Origin: Akkermansia sp.
GTDB taxonomy: Bacteria; Verrucomicrobiota; Verrucomicrobiia; Verrucomicrobiales; Akkermansiaceae
DNA: 64,000 nt
Direction of reading: 5' to 3'
NCBI GenBank assembly: GCA_045650805.1
Contig: JAZRRO010000059.1
Location: 1,472 to 65,471 of the forward strand
Shown here: piece after piece, positions 46,355 through 54,719 of the stretch
How the letters are laid out: every line of letters starts with the position of its first letter
Numbering within the stretch: position 1 is the first letter of the stretch
Position numbers and translations under genes: made by a program
Notes under the pieces: generated by a model
Told to the model about the DNA's origin: nothing
Seen by the model: the letters and a program-made list of their open reading frames with translations, nothing else
Databases searched by the model: none

Positions 46355-46468
46355 TTCAGCAGTGAAACTTCGCCCTGCGAGCTCAATGAAATCTGGCGGT
46401 GAAACCCTGCGGATGAAATCCTCCATCTCTGCGAGATGTCGGGTCCATGGTCACCGAAGCCGCAACGC
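46355..46468 (+). repeat. Arm B, copy 2
   Basis: Ends exactly at the stop codon of the transglutaminase-like gene (46469-46471). Confidence 0.95.
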
Positions 46469-47410
46469 TTACTCTTCCATCTCCGCGCGCAGGCGCAAGA
46501 TTTGCACAGGCGCCGCCGTGGCTTGGACGCGGCGCTGGCGTTGGCTGCCTTGCAAGCGCAGGAAGTAGGTGCCACCATGGGGAAGATTGAGCGGTGACAT
46601 GCGTCGCATGTCATCGCGCTTGGTGGGCAGCGTGGCGCGTGCTATTTCTTGTCCATCAGCATCTTCCAGGTGGATGTTGATAGCTTCCGCCGGTCGGGGG
46701 TGAATATCCAGCATGAGTCGCTGGCAGCCCTGCGGCAGCCCTTTCTTTTCATACCATTGGCGAGAAAGCTCCAGATAGCGCTCTGTCACATCTTCTGCAG
46801 CAATGTGAGCCCAGGGATTCCACACGGCGGGGAAGAAGCCATCCCCCGAAGCCGGCGAAACGGCATAAACACGTTGCAGGGGATAATGCGGGCGCAGCAT
46901 GCCCAGATATTCCATCACCCATCCCGTGTTGAAATCCTTCTCGTTGAACTCAATCATGTGCCATTCGCCATCGAACCACGCCTCGCACCATGTGTGATTG
47001 CCGCGGATATGCCCCCACGAGCCAACGCCCACAGCGCGCGCCGGAATGCCGATGGAGCGCAACGCACACACCAGCAAGATGCTTTGCCCCGTGCAGGATA
47101 CTTTTTTCTCATCGAGCGCTTCCAGCGGATTCATGGCCGGGTGTCGGCGCTCGGTAGAGTAATACACACCCGTGGCTTTTGTCATATTGGCCGCGACGGT
47201 GAGCACAGCCTCGCGCGCCGTGCGGCAATCCTTCACCATGGGGCGGAAAATAGCCTCCAATGCTGCTCGCCAATCGCAGGGTACTTCATCCAGCACAGCA
47301 TTGGGCACCAATGCCGCCTGTTCGATGTGCCGGGGAAGCGGCTCACTCCACGGCAGCTGAGCCCACGCCGTGGAGATGAATAAGCACAACGCTGGCAAAA
47401 AACGCTTCAT
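46469..47410 (-). CDS. Secreted transglutaminase-like cysteine protease superfamily protein
   Basis: Signal peptide; core motifs VSCTGQSILLVCALRSIGIPAR and NHTWCEAWFDGEWHMIE (Cys-His-Asp/Glu). Confidence 0.75.
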   Translation of the reverse strand: MKRFLPALCLFISTAWAQLPWSEPLPRHIEQAALVPNAVLDEVPCDWRAALEAIFRPMVKDCRTAREAVLTVAANMTKATGVYYSTERRHPAMNPLEALDEKKVSCTGQSILLVCALRSIGIPARAVGVGSWGHIRGNHTWCEAWFDGEWHMIEFNEKDFNTGWVMEYLGMLRPHYPLQRVYAVSPASGDGFFPAVWNPWAHIAAEDVTERYLELSRQWYEKKGLPQGCQRLMLDIHPRPAEAINIHLEDADGQEIARATLPTKRDDMRRMSPLNLPHGGTYFLRLQGSQRQRRVQATAAPVQILRLRAEMEE

Positions 47411-48765
47411 TCCACATCACCATACAGAGTGAACCCGGTGCATTCGGTGATGCGCACCGGCACAATGCTGCCGACTTCTGCCGTGCCGCCTTCGATGATG
47501 ACCGGCTTGTTCTGCGAGGTTCGTCCCTGCAATCGACTTTCGTTGTTCTTGCTCGGCCCTTCCACCAGAATCGTTTGCAATGAGCCCACCAAGGCCTGAT
47601 TACGGGCAATCGCAATGCGGTTCACCGTCTCAAGTAGGTCGTGGTTGCGTTCTTCTTTCACGCGCAGGCAAATCTGGTTGTCCATGGCGGCAGCCACCGT
47701 GTCGCGGCGGGGGGAGTATTGGAAAATGAATGCGTTGTCGAACTGTATGCGCTCAACGGCTGCTTTGGTCTCCTGGTAGTCCTCGTCCGTTTCGCCGGGG
47801 AAGCCCACGATGATATCCGTGGTGATGGCCAAGTCAGGGCGAGCCTCGCGCATGGCTTCACACAAACGCAGGTACTTTTCATTCTTGTAGGGACGCCGCA
47901 TCAACTGCAGGATGCGGTCACTGCCACTCTGCATGGGGAAATGAATGTGGCTGCACAACTTGGGCAGGTAGGTATAGGCATTCACCAAATCCTCGCGGAA
48001 GCCGATGGGATGCGGGCTGGTGAAGCGAATGCGCTCCAACCCATCCATTTCGTTCAGCTCCTCCAGCAGGCGCACAAAGGCTGAGCGGCCATTGATGATC
48101 GGCTCCTCGCGCCCGTAGCGGTTTACAATTTGACCCAGCAGCGTCACCTCCTTCACGCCTCGGTCTACAAGCTCACGCACCTCCTGCAAGATATCTGCTG
48201 CAGGGCGGCTGCATTCGTTGCCGCGCGTGCTGGGCACGATGCAGTAGGAGCAGCGCATCTCGCAGCCCTGCATGATGGATACGAATGCCGTGCAGTTCCC
48301 GGCGGGGGGCAGGTGATCGCGGATAGCATTCTGGAACCCATCCTCCTGCTGTGTGCGGCAAATATGTGCACCGCGGCGGAACGGCTCGGTGATGTTTTGC
48401 CCCAGTCGGCTTCGCAGCAAGCGGTTGCATATCTCATACACATGGTGGTATTGCTGCGTGCCTGTCACCACGTCCAGACGCGGCACATCGCGGAACAAAC
48501 TCGCTGCGCGGCTTTGACACATACAACCCATGAACCCATACACCACCCAAGGCTTGGCGGTGGGGCGAGAGCAAAGCAACCCCATCTTGCCCAGTGCCTT
48601 CAGCTCGGCTTTCTCGCGCACAGAGCACGTATTGATGAGAATCACATCCGCCTCGGCTTCATCCTTGGTGAGGCTGTAGCCCCCATTCAGGAACATGCTT
48701 GCCACTTGTTCAGAGTCTCGCTCATTCATCTGGCAACCGTAGGTTTTAATCAGGACGCTGGGCAT
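47407..48765 (-). CDS. miaB: tRNA-i6A37 methylthiotransferase MiaB
   Basis: N-terminus IKTYGCQMNERDSE, radical-SAM CSYC motif and a TRAM C-terminus. 4-nt overlap with the downstream gene. Confidence 0.9.
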   Translation of the reverse strand: MPSVLIKTYGCQMNERDSEQVASMFLNGGYSLTKDEAEADVILINTCSVREKAELKALGKMGLLCSRPTAKPWVVYGFMGCMCQSRAASLFRDVPRLDVVTGTQQYHHVYEICNRLLRSRLGQNITEPFRRGAHICRTQQEDGFQNAIRDHLPPAGNCTAFVSIMQGCEMRCSYCIVPSTRGNECSRPAADILQEVRELVDRGVKEVTLLGQIVNRYGREEPIINGRSAFVRLLEELNEMDGLERIRFTSPHPIGFREDLVNAYTYLPKLCSHIHFPMQSGSDRILQLMRRPYKNEKYLRLCEAMREARPDLAITTDIIVGFPGETDEDYQETKAAVERIQFDNAFIFQYSPRRDTVAAAMDNQICLRVKEERNHDLLETVNRIAIARNQALVGSLQTILVEGPSKNNESRLQGRTSQNKPVIIEGGTAEVGSIVPVRITECTGFTLYGDVE

Positions 48766-48884
48766 GGTGTTATTGTGTATGTCTGTGCTGGTTCTTGTCC
48801 GTTGAGCGTACCAGCTATACCGCCGCCTTGCAAGCTTAAATCAGGTGCGTATCCGCAAATCTATGCCAGCTGATAAACAAAGCA

Positions 48885-49762
48885 GTGAAGCGCGAGGATG
48901 CGGAGAGATTGGGGATTGTGACGGCGACTCAGGAGAGGGCTGAGGAGATGCTGCGCGGTAAGTATGAGATGATTGGCAGTTACCCGGATTTGGTGGCGCA
49001 GACGCAGATGTGGGATGGCAAGACGGCGGCTGTGGCCGCTGGTACGTTTATGAAGGCGCCGAACGGGAAGGCTACGAACTTGACGGAGCTGCAGTGGTTG
49101 CTGGTGCGCACGGCGGCGTTCAATCGCTGGTTTGGAGAATGGGAGCGTGCGGCAGAGTTGACATTTGATGGAAAGGAGTATGATAATTAAACATGCCTTG
49201 CAATGCTTATTGCTGACGCCGCTACACCATTTGTGAATGATGAGACTGGGATTCATGCTGAGATTAACAATAGGCAGCGAGGAACGCGCCAATAGACCGT
49301 CTACTTAAATGAGATTACAAAAAAGGCGAGCGGTAAGGCGTTGCACCCGACTTCGTTCTCGAAGAATTTCACTCGCACAGAAAGCGTAAATCTGATTTGT
49401 GCTTTTATCAAGAAAAATTACGCAGAGGACGCAAAAAAGATAGTTCAAAAAGATGCGCAAGTCAAAGCAAGGACTTGTTGCGCCGAATGGAAAGCCTAGT
49501 CATTTGAGCCCGGAGTTGTGGGGTGCAGTTCGCTTAAAGTCATTTAAGGATTGGTTTGGCGATTGGGAGAATGCCCCTGCTAATGCAAGCAAGGTGTATA
49601 TGCACCGATGCTTACACCGGGAAGATGCCGCCGGTGATGTACCGCAAGAAGAATGATGATGAGGCGGCAAAAGCGTTTAGTGTACAGCAAGTACACGTCA
49701 GTAGTACTGGAAGACTTGAGTTTCAAGCGGAAAGGACAAAGAAAAACCCCGCAAGTGGTTAA
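48885..49762 (+). pseudogene. Decayed fragments of a large mobile-element-type (polyvalent-protein-like) gene
   Basis: Two short ORFs (48885-49190 and 49453-49656) each carry APNGK...L....W..VR...F..WFG(E/D)WE. Stops and frame changes lie between them, and GC is lower. Confidence 0.5.
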
Positions 49763-49775
49763 CTTACGGGGTTTT
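49737..49775 (-). terminator. Terminator hairpin after tRNA-Ser (bidirectional shape)
   Basis: Stem AAAACCCCG/CGGGGTTTT; on the minus strand it is followed by TTTTTCTTTG. Confidence 0.7.
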
Positions 49776-49779
49776 GGAG

Positions 49780-49867
49780 CGGACAGGGAGGGATTCGAAC
49801 CCTCGGTACGCTTTTGACGTACACACGATTTCCAATCGTGCTCTTTCGACCACTCAGACACCTGCCC
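49780..49867 (-). tRNA. tRNA-Ser (anticodon GGA)
   Basis: Reverse complement reads GGGCAGGTGTCTGAGTGGTCGAAAGAGCACGATTGGAAATCGTGTGTACGTCAAAAGCGTACCGAGGGTTCGAATCCCTCCCTGTCCG. Long variable arm, anticodon loop TTGGAAA; CCA is not encoded. Confidence 0.9.
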
Positions 49868-49908
49868 AGGTGCTGTTCCGTTCTTCCGCGTGGAAGGGGT
49901 GCGGGCGA

Positions 49909-49937
49909 AGTATACGCTAGATTGATGGCTTTTGCAA
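49909..49937 (-). promoter_or_regulatory. Sigma70-type promoter candidate (TTGCAA-N17-TATACT) for tRNA-Ser
   Basis: Minus-strand hexamers at 49937-49932 and 49914-49909. Confidence 0.6.
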
Positions 49938-49993
49938 GCTAAATTTTCGAATTTATGTAATTTTTCCGAAATAAAAGGCAAAAAACGGGAAAA

Positions 49994-51478
49994 TCAGGGA
50001 GCGTATGGGGCAGCCGGGAGTTTATTTTCGTTCACCAGGTTGGGTTCGAGGTAGGTAGCCCAGGCGTAACGGACACCGGCAGCCTGTTTCACCTCGGGGG
50101 CGGTGAGCTTGAGCTTATTGCCATGAATGGTAACAGTAGCCGGGTAGAACTTGCCATCTTTGCCGGCCAGCTCGAAGTGGCGAGCGGGTTTGCCATCGGT
50201 GGTGGAGAGTTCTTTGGCGTTGGCGAAGCGCACAAAGGCCGTCTTGCCGTGGTAGCGCACCTCCGAGATGACGGGGCTGAGGGCAGGGTCATCCTTTTGG
50301 GCGTACACGGTAGCGGCAGCCAGATGAGCGAGACGCTCACCGACTTCCAGCTTGCGGGGAGGATGCACATCGCTGTTGTTGGAGCCCAAATCCGTAGTTA
50401 CAATGTAGTCCACGCCGGGCAAAGCCTTGGCAACGTTGTGCTGCACCTGGCGGAACTCCGGCCAATAGGCGCGCAGGGGGGAATTGTCCTTGATACGGGG
50501 GAGCTGCACCATCAGGAAAGGCAAGGCCGGGTTGGCAAACTCGGCGCGCCAGCCCTGAATCAAATCCGTGAGGAGCTTGGTGTTCTGCTCCTGATCCTGA
50601 ATTTCAGCATCGGATTCACCCTGATACCAGATGACACCGGCGATGGGAAAATTCACCCACGGCTCGATGCCTGTCTTGTACAGGTACGTGGGCTGGTAGG
50701 GGTGGGGAGCGGTGATATCACCCTTGTTGTTGAACTTGGCGCGACCACGCACCCAGGCAGACATGTACTTGCTTTCCAGCCACTGCGGAGTGAGGCAGTC
50801 GCTGTATTTTTCCTGTGTCGTGCGGGTGGGCATCCAGGCCATCATCTCAGAGCCTCCCAGAGAAGAGTGGATGATGCCGACAGGGACGCCAAGCGTTTCC
50901 TGCAATTTGCGGCCGAAGTAGAAGCCAACAGCCGACATGCGGGGGCAGGTCTGCGGTGTGCTGGCAGCCCAGGAACCTACAAACATCTTACCATCCACCA
51001 ATTTCTGCTTTTCCGCATCGGTATAATGGCGGGGGGAGGTGTGAATCTGCGGCTCGTTGTGGAAGTATCGCAGATTCGGGATGTCGGCTTCGGCCATAGC
51101 CTTGCGGTCCCCCGTCTGGTTGAGACGCCAGAGCATATTGGACTGGCCGGAAGCCAGCCAGACCTCGCCCACAAGGATGTTATTCAGCGCAATAGTCTGT
51201 TCGCCCTGTGTCACCGTCAGAGTGCGGCCTTCTGCCGAAGCGGCGAGCGGCTGGAGCTCAGCTCTCCAGCTATCGCCCGTGATGCTTGCCGTCACATGCT
51301 GCCCGGCAAAGCTCACACTGATGGAATCTGTGGTGTTTCCTGTGACTTTACCTGTCACAGGAATGATTTTTCCCTGCTGCAAGACCATGTCGGACGCAAA
51401 AATCGGGTCGACAGTCACTTCTGCGGCAAGCGTGCCGACGCTGAGGAGGAGGAGTGAAAGAAAATGCTTGATTTTCAT
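49994..51478 (-). CDS. Sialate O-acetylesterase (SASA/DUF303 family), secreted
   Basis: Signal peptide; nucleophile motif VWLASGQSNM; WYQGESD motif. Confidence 0.8.
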   Translation of the reverse strand: MKIKHFLSLLLLSVGTLAAEVTVDPIFASDMVLQQGKIIPVTGKVTGNTTDSISVSFAGQHVTASITGDSWRAELQPLAASAEGRTLTVTQGEQTIALNNILVGEVWLASGQSNMLWRLNQTGDRKAMAEADIPNLRYFHNEPQIHTSPRHYTDAEKQKLVDGKMFVGSWAASTPQTCPRMSAVGFYFGRKLQETLGVPVGIIHSSLGGSEMMAWMPTRTTQEKYSDCLTPQWLESKYMSAWVRGRAKFNNKGDITAPHPYQPTYLYKTGIEPWVNFPIAGVIWYQGESDAEIQDQEQNTKLLTDLIQGWRAEFANPALPFLMVQLPRIKDNSPLRAYWPEFRQVQHNVAKALPGVDYIVTTDLGSNNSDVHPPRKLEVGERLAHLAAATVYAQKDDPALSPVISEVRYHGKTAFVRFANAKELSTTDGKPARHFELAGKDGKFYPATVTIHGNKLKLTAPEVKQAAGVRYAWATYLEPNLVNENKLPAAPYAP

Positions 51479-51506
51479 GGTTTGAGCGGGAGTTTGGGTT
51501 AGGGTG

Positions 51507-52301
51507 TTACATGCCTACGATTTCGTAGCCGCCGTCCACATAGAGAATCTGGCCGGTCATGCTGGCTGCGCCATCGCTGGCGAGGTAGGTGGCGGTGGCA
51601 CCCAGTTCTTCCAGCGTGCAAGAGCGCTGCAGCGGGCTCTTTTCTTCGTACACCTTGAACATGCCGGTGAAACCGGATACACCACGAGCGGCCAGCGTCT
51701 GCACGGGGCCGGCAGAGATGCAGTTCACGCGGATGGGTGCTTCGTGGCGGCCCAGGTCAAAGGCCAGGTACTTGCAGCAGGTTTCCAGCGCAGCCTTGGA
51801 AACAGCCATGAGGTTGTAGTTGGGAACCACCTTCTGGCTGGCGTAGTAGGTCAGGGCAGTGATGGAGCCGCCGTTGGTCATGAGCGGAGCCACGGCGCGG
51901 GAAAGGGCGATGAGGGAGTAGGCAGAGACCTGCAGAGAGATGTTCCAGGCATCGCGGGGGATGTCGGAGAAGTGACCTTCCAGGGTGCCGGGAGCCTTGG
52001 GAGCAAAGGCAATGGAGTGCAGCAGCATGTCCACACGATCAGTGTGCTGGGACACAAAAGTGAAGAAGTCCTCGATGGACTGGTCATCCGTCACATCCAG
52101 ATTGCAGACAGGGGTGTCTTCGCCGAAGCTTTCCTTCACCAGCTTGATGACGCCGTCTTTCATGCGCTCGCCCTGATAGTTGAAGATGAGCTTGGCGCCG
52201 GCTTCGTGCCAGGCCTTGGCGATACCATAAGCAATACTGCGCTTGTTTGCGACGCCGGTGACGATACCGACCTTGCCTTCTAAGGGACGTGTAATAGACA
52301 T
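51507..52301 (-). CDS. fabI: Enoyl-[acyl-carrier-protein] reductase (NADH)
   Basis: Start at MSITRPLEGKVGIVTGVANKRSIAYGIA; the Y..M....K active-site region is present. Confidence 0.9.
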   Translation of the reverse strand: MSITRPLEGKVGIVTGVANKRSIAYGIAKAWHEAGAKLIFNYQGERMKDGVIKLVKESFGEDTPVCNLDVTDDQSIEDFFTFVSQHTDRVDMLLHSIAFAPKAPGTLEGHFSDIPRDAWNISLQVSAYSLIALSRAVAPLMTNGGSITALTYYASQKVVPNYNLMAVSKAALETCCKYLAFDLGRHEAPIRVNCISAGPVQTLAARGVSGFTGMFKVYEEKSPLQRSCTLEELGATATYLASDGAASMTGQILYVDGGYEIVGM

Positions 52302-52338
52302 AATATTAGTAGTTTGGGTGTTGTGGAAGTTTGATGAA

Positions 52339-52794
52339 TCAGATGGTGGGGAATTCCTGAGCAATGATGCGGGCGTAAGTCATCGACATGCGCACCCCCA
52401 TGTTTTCCATGTATTCAATGCGCTTGCGGATGTCTTCGGGCGTCATGTCGGGGTTATCTACCACAAACTTGAGACGGTAGTATACCAGACCACCTTCCAT
52501 ATCCAGCAGGAGCTGGCCTTCGGGCAGATTGGCGTTGAGGGTAAGCAGCAGCATGCTCAGCTCCTGGCGGTCTTCTTTGGCAATACGGGAGCCAAAGTGA
52601 ACGTCAAATACCAGACTGCAGGGCTCGTGCAGTTCCGTGAACATGAACGTGCAGGGCATGCCCGTCGTGTCGATGGGCAGGTAGGCGAGCCCGATTTTTT
52701 CGCTATCATGGCCCATTGTAACCCACTGATAATCTTCTCCGCGGGAAATGAGATGCTGGCGAACTTGTGCCAATAAATTAGGTTGGTTTGACAT
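52339..52794 (-). CDS. YbjN-domain protein (putative chaperone/sensory-regulator fold)
   Basis: 151 aa from MSNQPNLL. The assignment rests on general resemblance only. Confidence 0.5.
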   Translation of the reverse strand: MSNQPNLLAQVRQHLISRGEDYQWVTMGHDSEKIGLAYLPIDTTGMPCTFMFTELHEPCSLVFDVHFGSRIAKEDRQELSMLLLTLNANLPEGQLLLDMEGGLVYYRLKFVVDNPDMTPEDIRKRIEYMENMGVRMSMTYARIIAQEFPTI

Positions 52795-52912
52795 GTCAGA
52801 AGGGGAATGTTTGTGGTTTGTCCGTGGGGTAGCTAGGCCCACTTGCTTGGGTGCATAATAGCACGATAGCTGGAGTTAAGTCAAGCTTTAGTTTCCGGGA
52901 GTCGCAGTGGAT

Positions 52913-53398
52913 TTATGATTTCTTTTGCGTATAATAGGCGTTAATTAACTTATCAACAATGTTTTCTAATGTTGATAAATCTGCAGGAGAGAGGACAGAA
53001 AGACTCTTTTCCAGCTCCATGGCCACGTGGGAACGTGTGGCTTGGATGAAATCCGCACCGTCCTCCGACAAGCGGATGCACACCGCGCGGCGGTCATAGG
53101 GGTTGGGGTTGCGCTCCAGGAAACCTTTATTCACCATATTTTCCACCAGAAGCGAGGTGGCCGGCACCGTCATCTGCAATGTTTGTGCAAGTGTTTTGAG
53201 GGCAATGCCTTGCGGTTCGTTGCGGGTGAGCATTTCCACATTCACCAATGCGGAGGTTTGGCGCATGGTCAGCCCCATCACGCGTTTTTGCTGGGTGGGC
53301 GGCGTCTTGGCAAAACTTTCGCGGCGCACCTCGTCCATATACTGGAACAAGTTGAAGAGCGTTGAAATGCCCGTCTTCTCTGTCGGTTCTGTTGTCAT
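52913..53398 (-). CDS. MarR-family transcriptional regulator
   Basis: 161 aa; winged-helix core LTMRQTSALVNV...LAQTLQMTVPATSLLVENMVNKGFLER..NPYDRR. Confidence 0.85.
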   Translation of the reverse strand: MTTEPTEKTGISTLFNLFQYMDEVRRESFAKTPPTQQKRVMGLTMRQTSALVNVEMLTRNEPQGIALKTLAQTLQMTVPATSLLVENMVNKGFLERNPNPYDRRAVCIRLSEDGADFIQATRSHVAMELEKSLSVLSPADLSTLENIVDKLINAYYTQKKS

Positions 53399-53407
53399 CT
53401 TGATTGT

Positions 53408-53435
53408 ATAATATGCTAAATTGTTTTAATGTCGA
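53408..53435 (-). promoter_or_regulatory. Sigma70-type promoter candidate (TCGACA-N16-TATTAT) for marR
   Basis: The -10 ends 9 nt before ATG 53398. Confidence 0.5.
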
Positions 53436-53475
53436 GAAAATAATTCAAAAAGTGTAATTATTATAGCTTTTCTGC

Positions 53476-53504
53476 TTGCTAGAGAGAGTATGCGGTGATA
53501 GAGT
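53476..53504 (+). promoter_or_regulatory. Sigma70-type promoter candidate (TTGCTA-N17-TAGAGT) for alr
   Basis: The -10 ends 6 nt before ATG 53511, so the transcript is likely leaderless. Confidence 0.55.
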
Positions 53505-53510
53505 AGGGGC

Positions 53511-54614
53511 ATGCAGCACGAAAGCCCACCGCGCGCCTGGGTCGATGTCGATTTGGAAGCCATTGCGCACAATCTGGACATCGCACGGCAAGCATTGCCT
53601 GATACACAGTTGATGCCGGTTGTCAAAGCCGGTGCCTACGGGCATGGCTTGGAGCCGGTGGCACGGCGCTTGGATAAAGATGGTATTGCCTTTTTCGGCG
53701 TAGCCAACGCAGGAGAGGCGCGGCGTCTCAGCCAAGCCGGCATCCGCACCAAGCCTTTCATCCTCGGGCCCACTTTCCCGGAGGAACGAGAGGAAATTGT
53801 GCTCAACAACTGGTGCGCCACCGTTTCTACGGCTGAGGAGGCCCAGCATTTTCAATCTCTGGCAGCGCTGTACGATAAAACATTCCTTGTGCACCTGGCG
53901 CTGGATACCGGCATGGGGCGAGAAGGCGTGCTGCCTGCGGAGATGAATGATATGATTGCTGCGCTCAAGCAGATGCCCAATCTGGTGGTGGATGGCGCTA
54001 TGTCTCACTTCCCCAGCGCGGATGAGGATGTGCCCTACACACAGGATGAAATTACCCTTTTCTCTGATTGCGTGGCTGAGCTCAAGCAACACTTCCGCCT
54101 GCGCTTCTGCCACATTGCAGCCAGCGCCGGTGAGTTGGGGTATGAAATCCCCGTGGCCAATCTGGCGCGCCCGGGCCTGCTGCTGTATGGCGTGGCTCCC
54201 ATGGCCTCTATCTATGATGGTGTGCTGCGTCCCACGCTCAAGCTCAGCTCGCGTGTCTCTCTGGTGCGTACGCTGCCGGCCGGTCACGGTGTATCCTATG
54301 GCCGCACCTATTGCACCGCAGAACCCACCCGCGTGGCCACCATTGGTATCGGGTATGCCGATGGCTGGAGCCGACACCTCTCAGGCAAAGGAGCCCGTGT
54401 CTACATCAACGGCCATTATTGTCCCATGCTCGGCCGTGTTACCATGGATCAAATCATGGCAGATGTGACCCATGTGCCGTTCATCGCCCCCGGGGATGAG
54501 GTAGAACTGATTGGCCCCCATATCCCAGTTACTGAAATTGCCCGCCGCGCTGAAACCATCGTCTGGGAAATCTTTACAGGACTGGGGCCCCGCCTACCGC
54601 GCCTGTACCATTGA
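53511..54614 (+). CDS. alr: Alanine racemase
   Basis: PLP-lysine motif MPVVKAGAYGHG; 367 aa. Confidence 0.9.
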   Translation: MQHESPPRAWVDVDLEAIAHNLDIARQALPDTQLMPVVKAGAYGHGLEPVARRLDKDGIAFFGVANAGEARRLSQAGIRTKPFILGPTFPEEREEIVLNNWCATVSTAEEAQHFQSLAALYDKTFLVHLALDTGMGREGVLPAEMNDMIAALKQMPNLVVDGAMSHFPSADEDVPYTQDEITLFSDCVAELKQHFRLRFCHIAASAGELGYEIPVANLARPGLLLYGVAPMASIYDGVLRPTLKLSSRVSLVRTLPAGHGVSYGRTYCTAEPTRVATIGIGYADGWSRHLSGKGARVYINGHYCPMLGRVTMDQIMADVTHVPFIAPGDEVELIGPHIPVTEIARRAETIVWEIFTGLGPRLPRLYH

Positions 54615-54682
54615 GCCCCGGTGGGGGAACCAGGGCTTCCTGTAAAAAACGGCGCGCTATGCCCGCCGCGGGCGCTTCTTGC

Positions 54683-54711
54683 TTGCCAAAACCTCCGCAG
54701 GATGGTAGGAT
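54683..54711 (+). promoter_or_regulatory. Sigma70-type promoter candidate (TTGCCA-N17-TAGGAT) for the GH20 gene
   Basis: The -10 ends 8 nt before ATG 54720, which supports the MKKLTVFSLL start. Confidence 0.5.
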
Positions 54712-54719
54712 TTCAGCGT

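Larger units (their letters stand above)
45844..46468 (+). mobile_element. Loaded A-ORF-B unit: the same element carrying a four-helix-bundle protein gene
   Basis: Arms A and B are separated by 420 nt of visibly lower-GC DNA containing the 125-aa ORF. Confidence 0.4.

Noticed and set aside
45649-46468. The A/B repeats as a CRISPR array, or the four-helix-bundle gene as part of a diversity-generating retroelement (Avd with TR/VR).
   Set aside because: There are only two copies of each of two long (91 and 114 nt) repeats, with no regular short spacers and no cas genes. There is no reverse transcriptase anywhere in the window, and the few mismatches between repeat copies (C/T, G/A, AC/GT) are not adenine-specific as DGR mutagenesis would give.
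51507-53398. The co-directional marR-ybjN-fabI-sialate esterase cluster as a functional system.
   Set aside because: The genes have unrelated, well-understood functions, and the tight spacing is typical of the whole window. No sequence feature ties them together.
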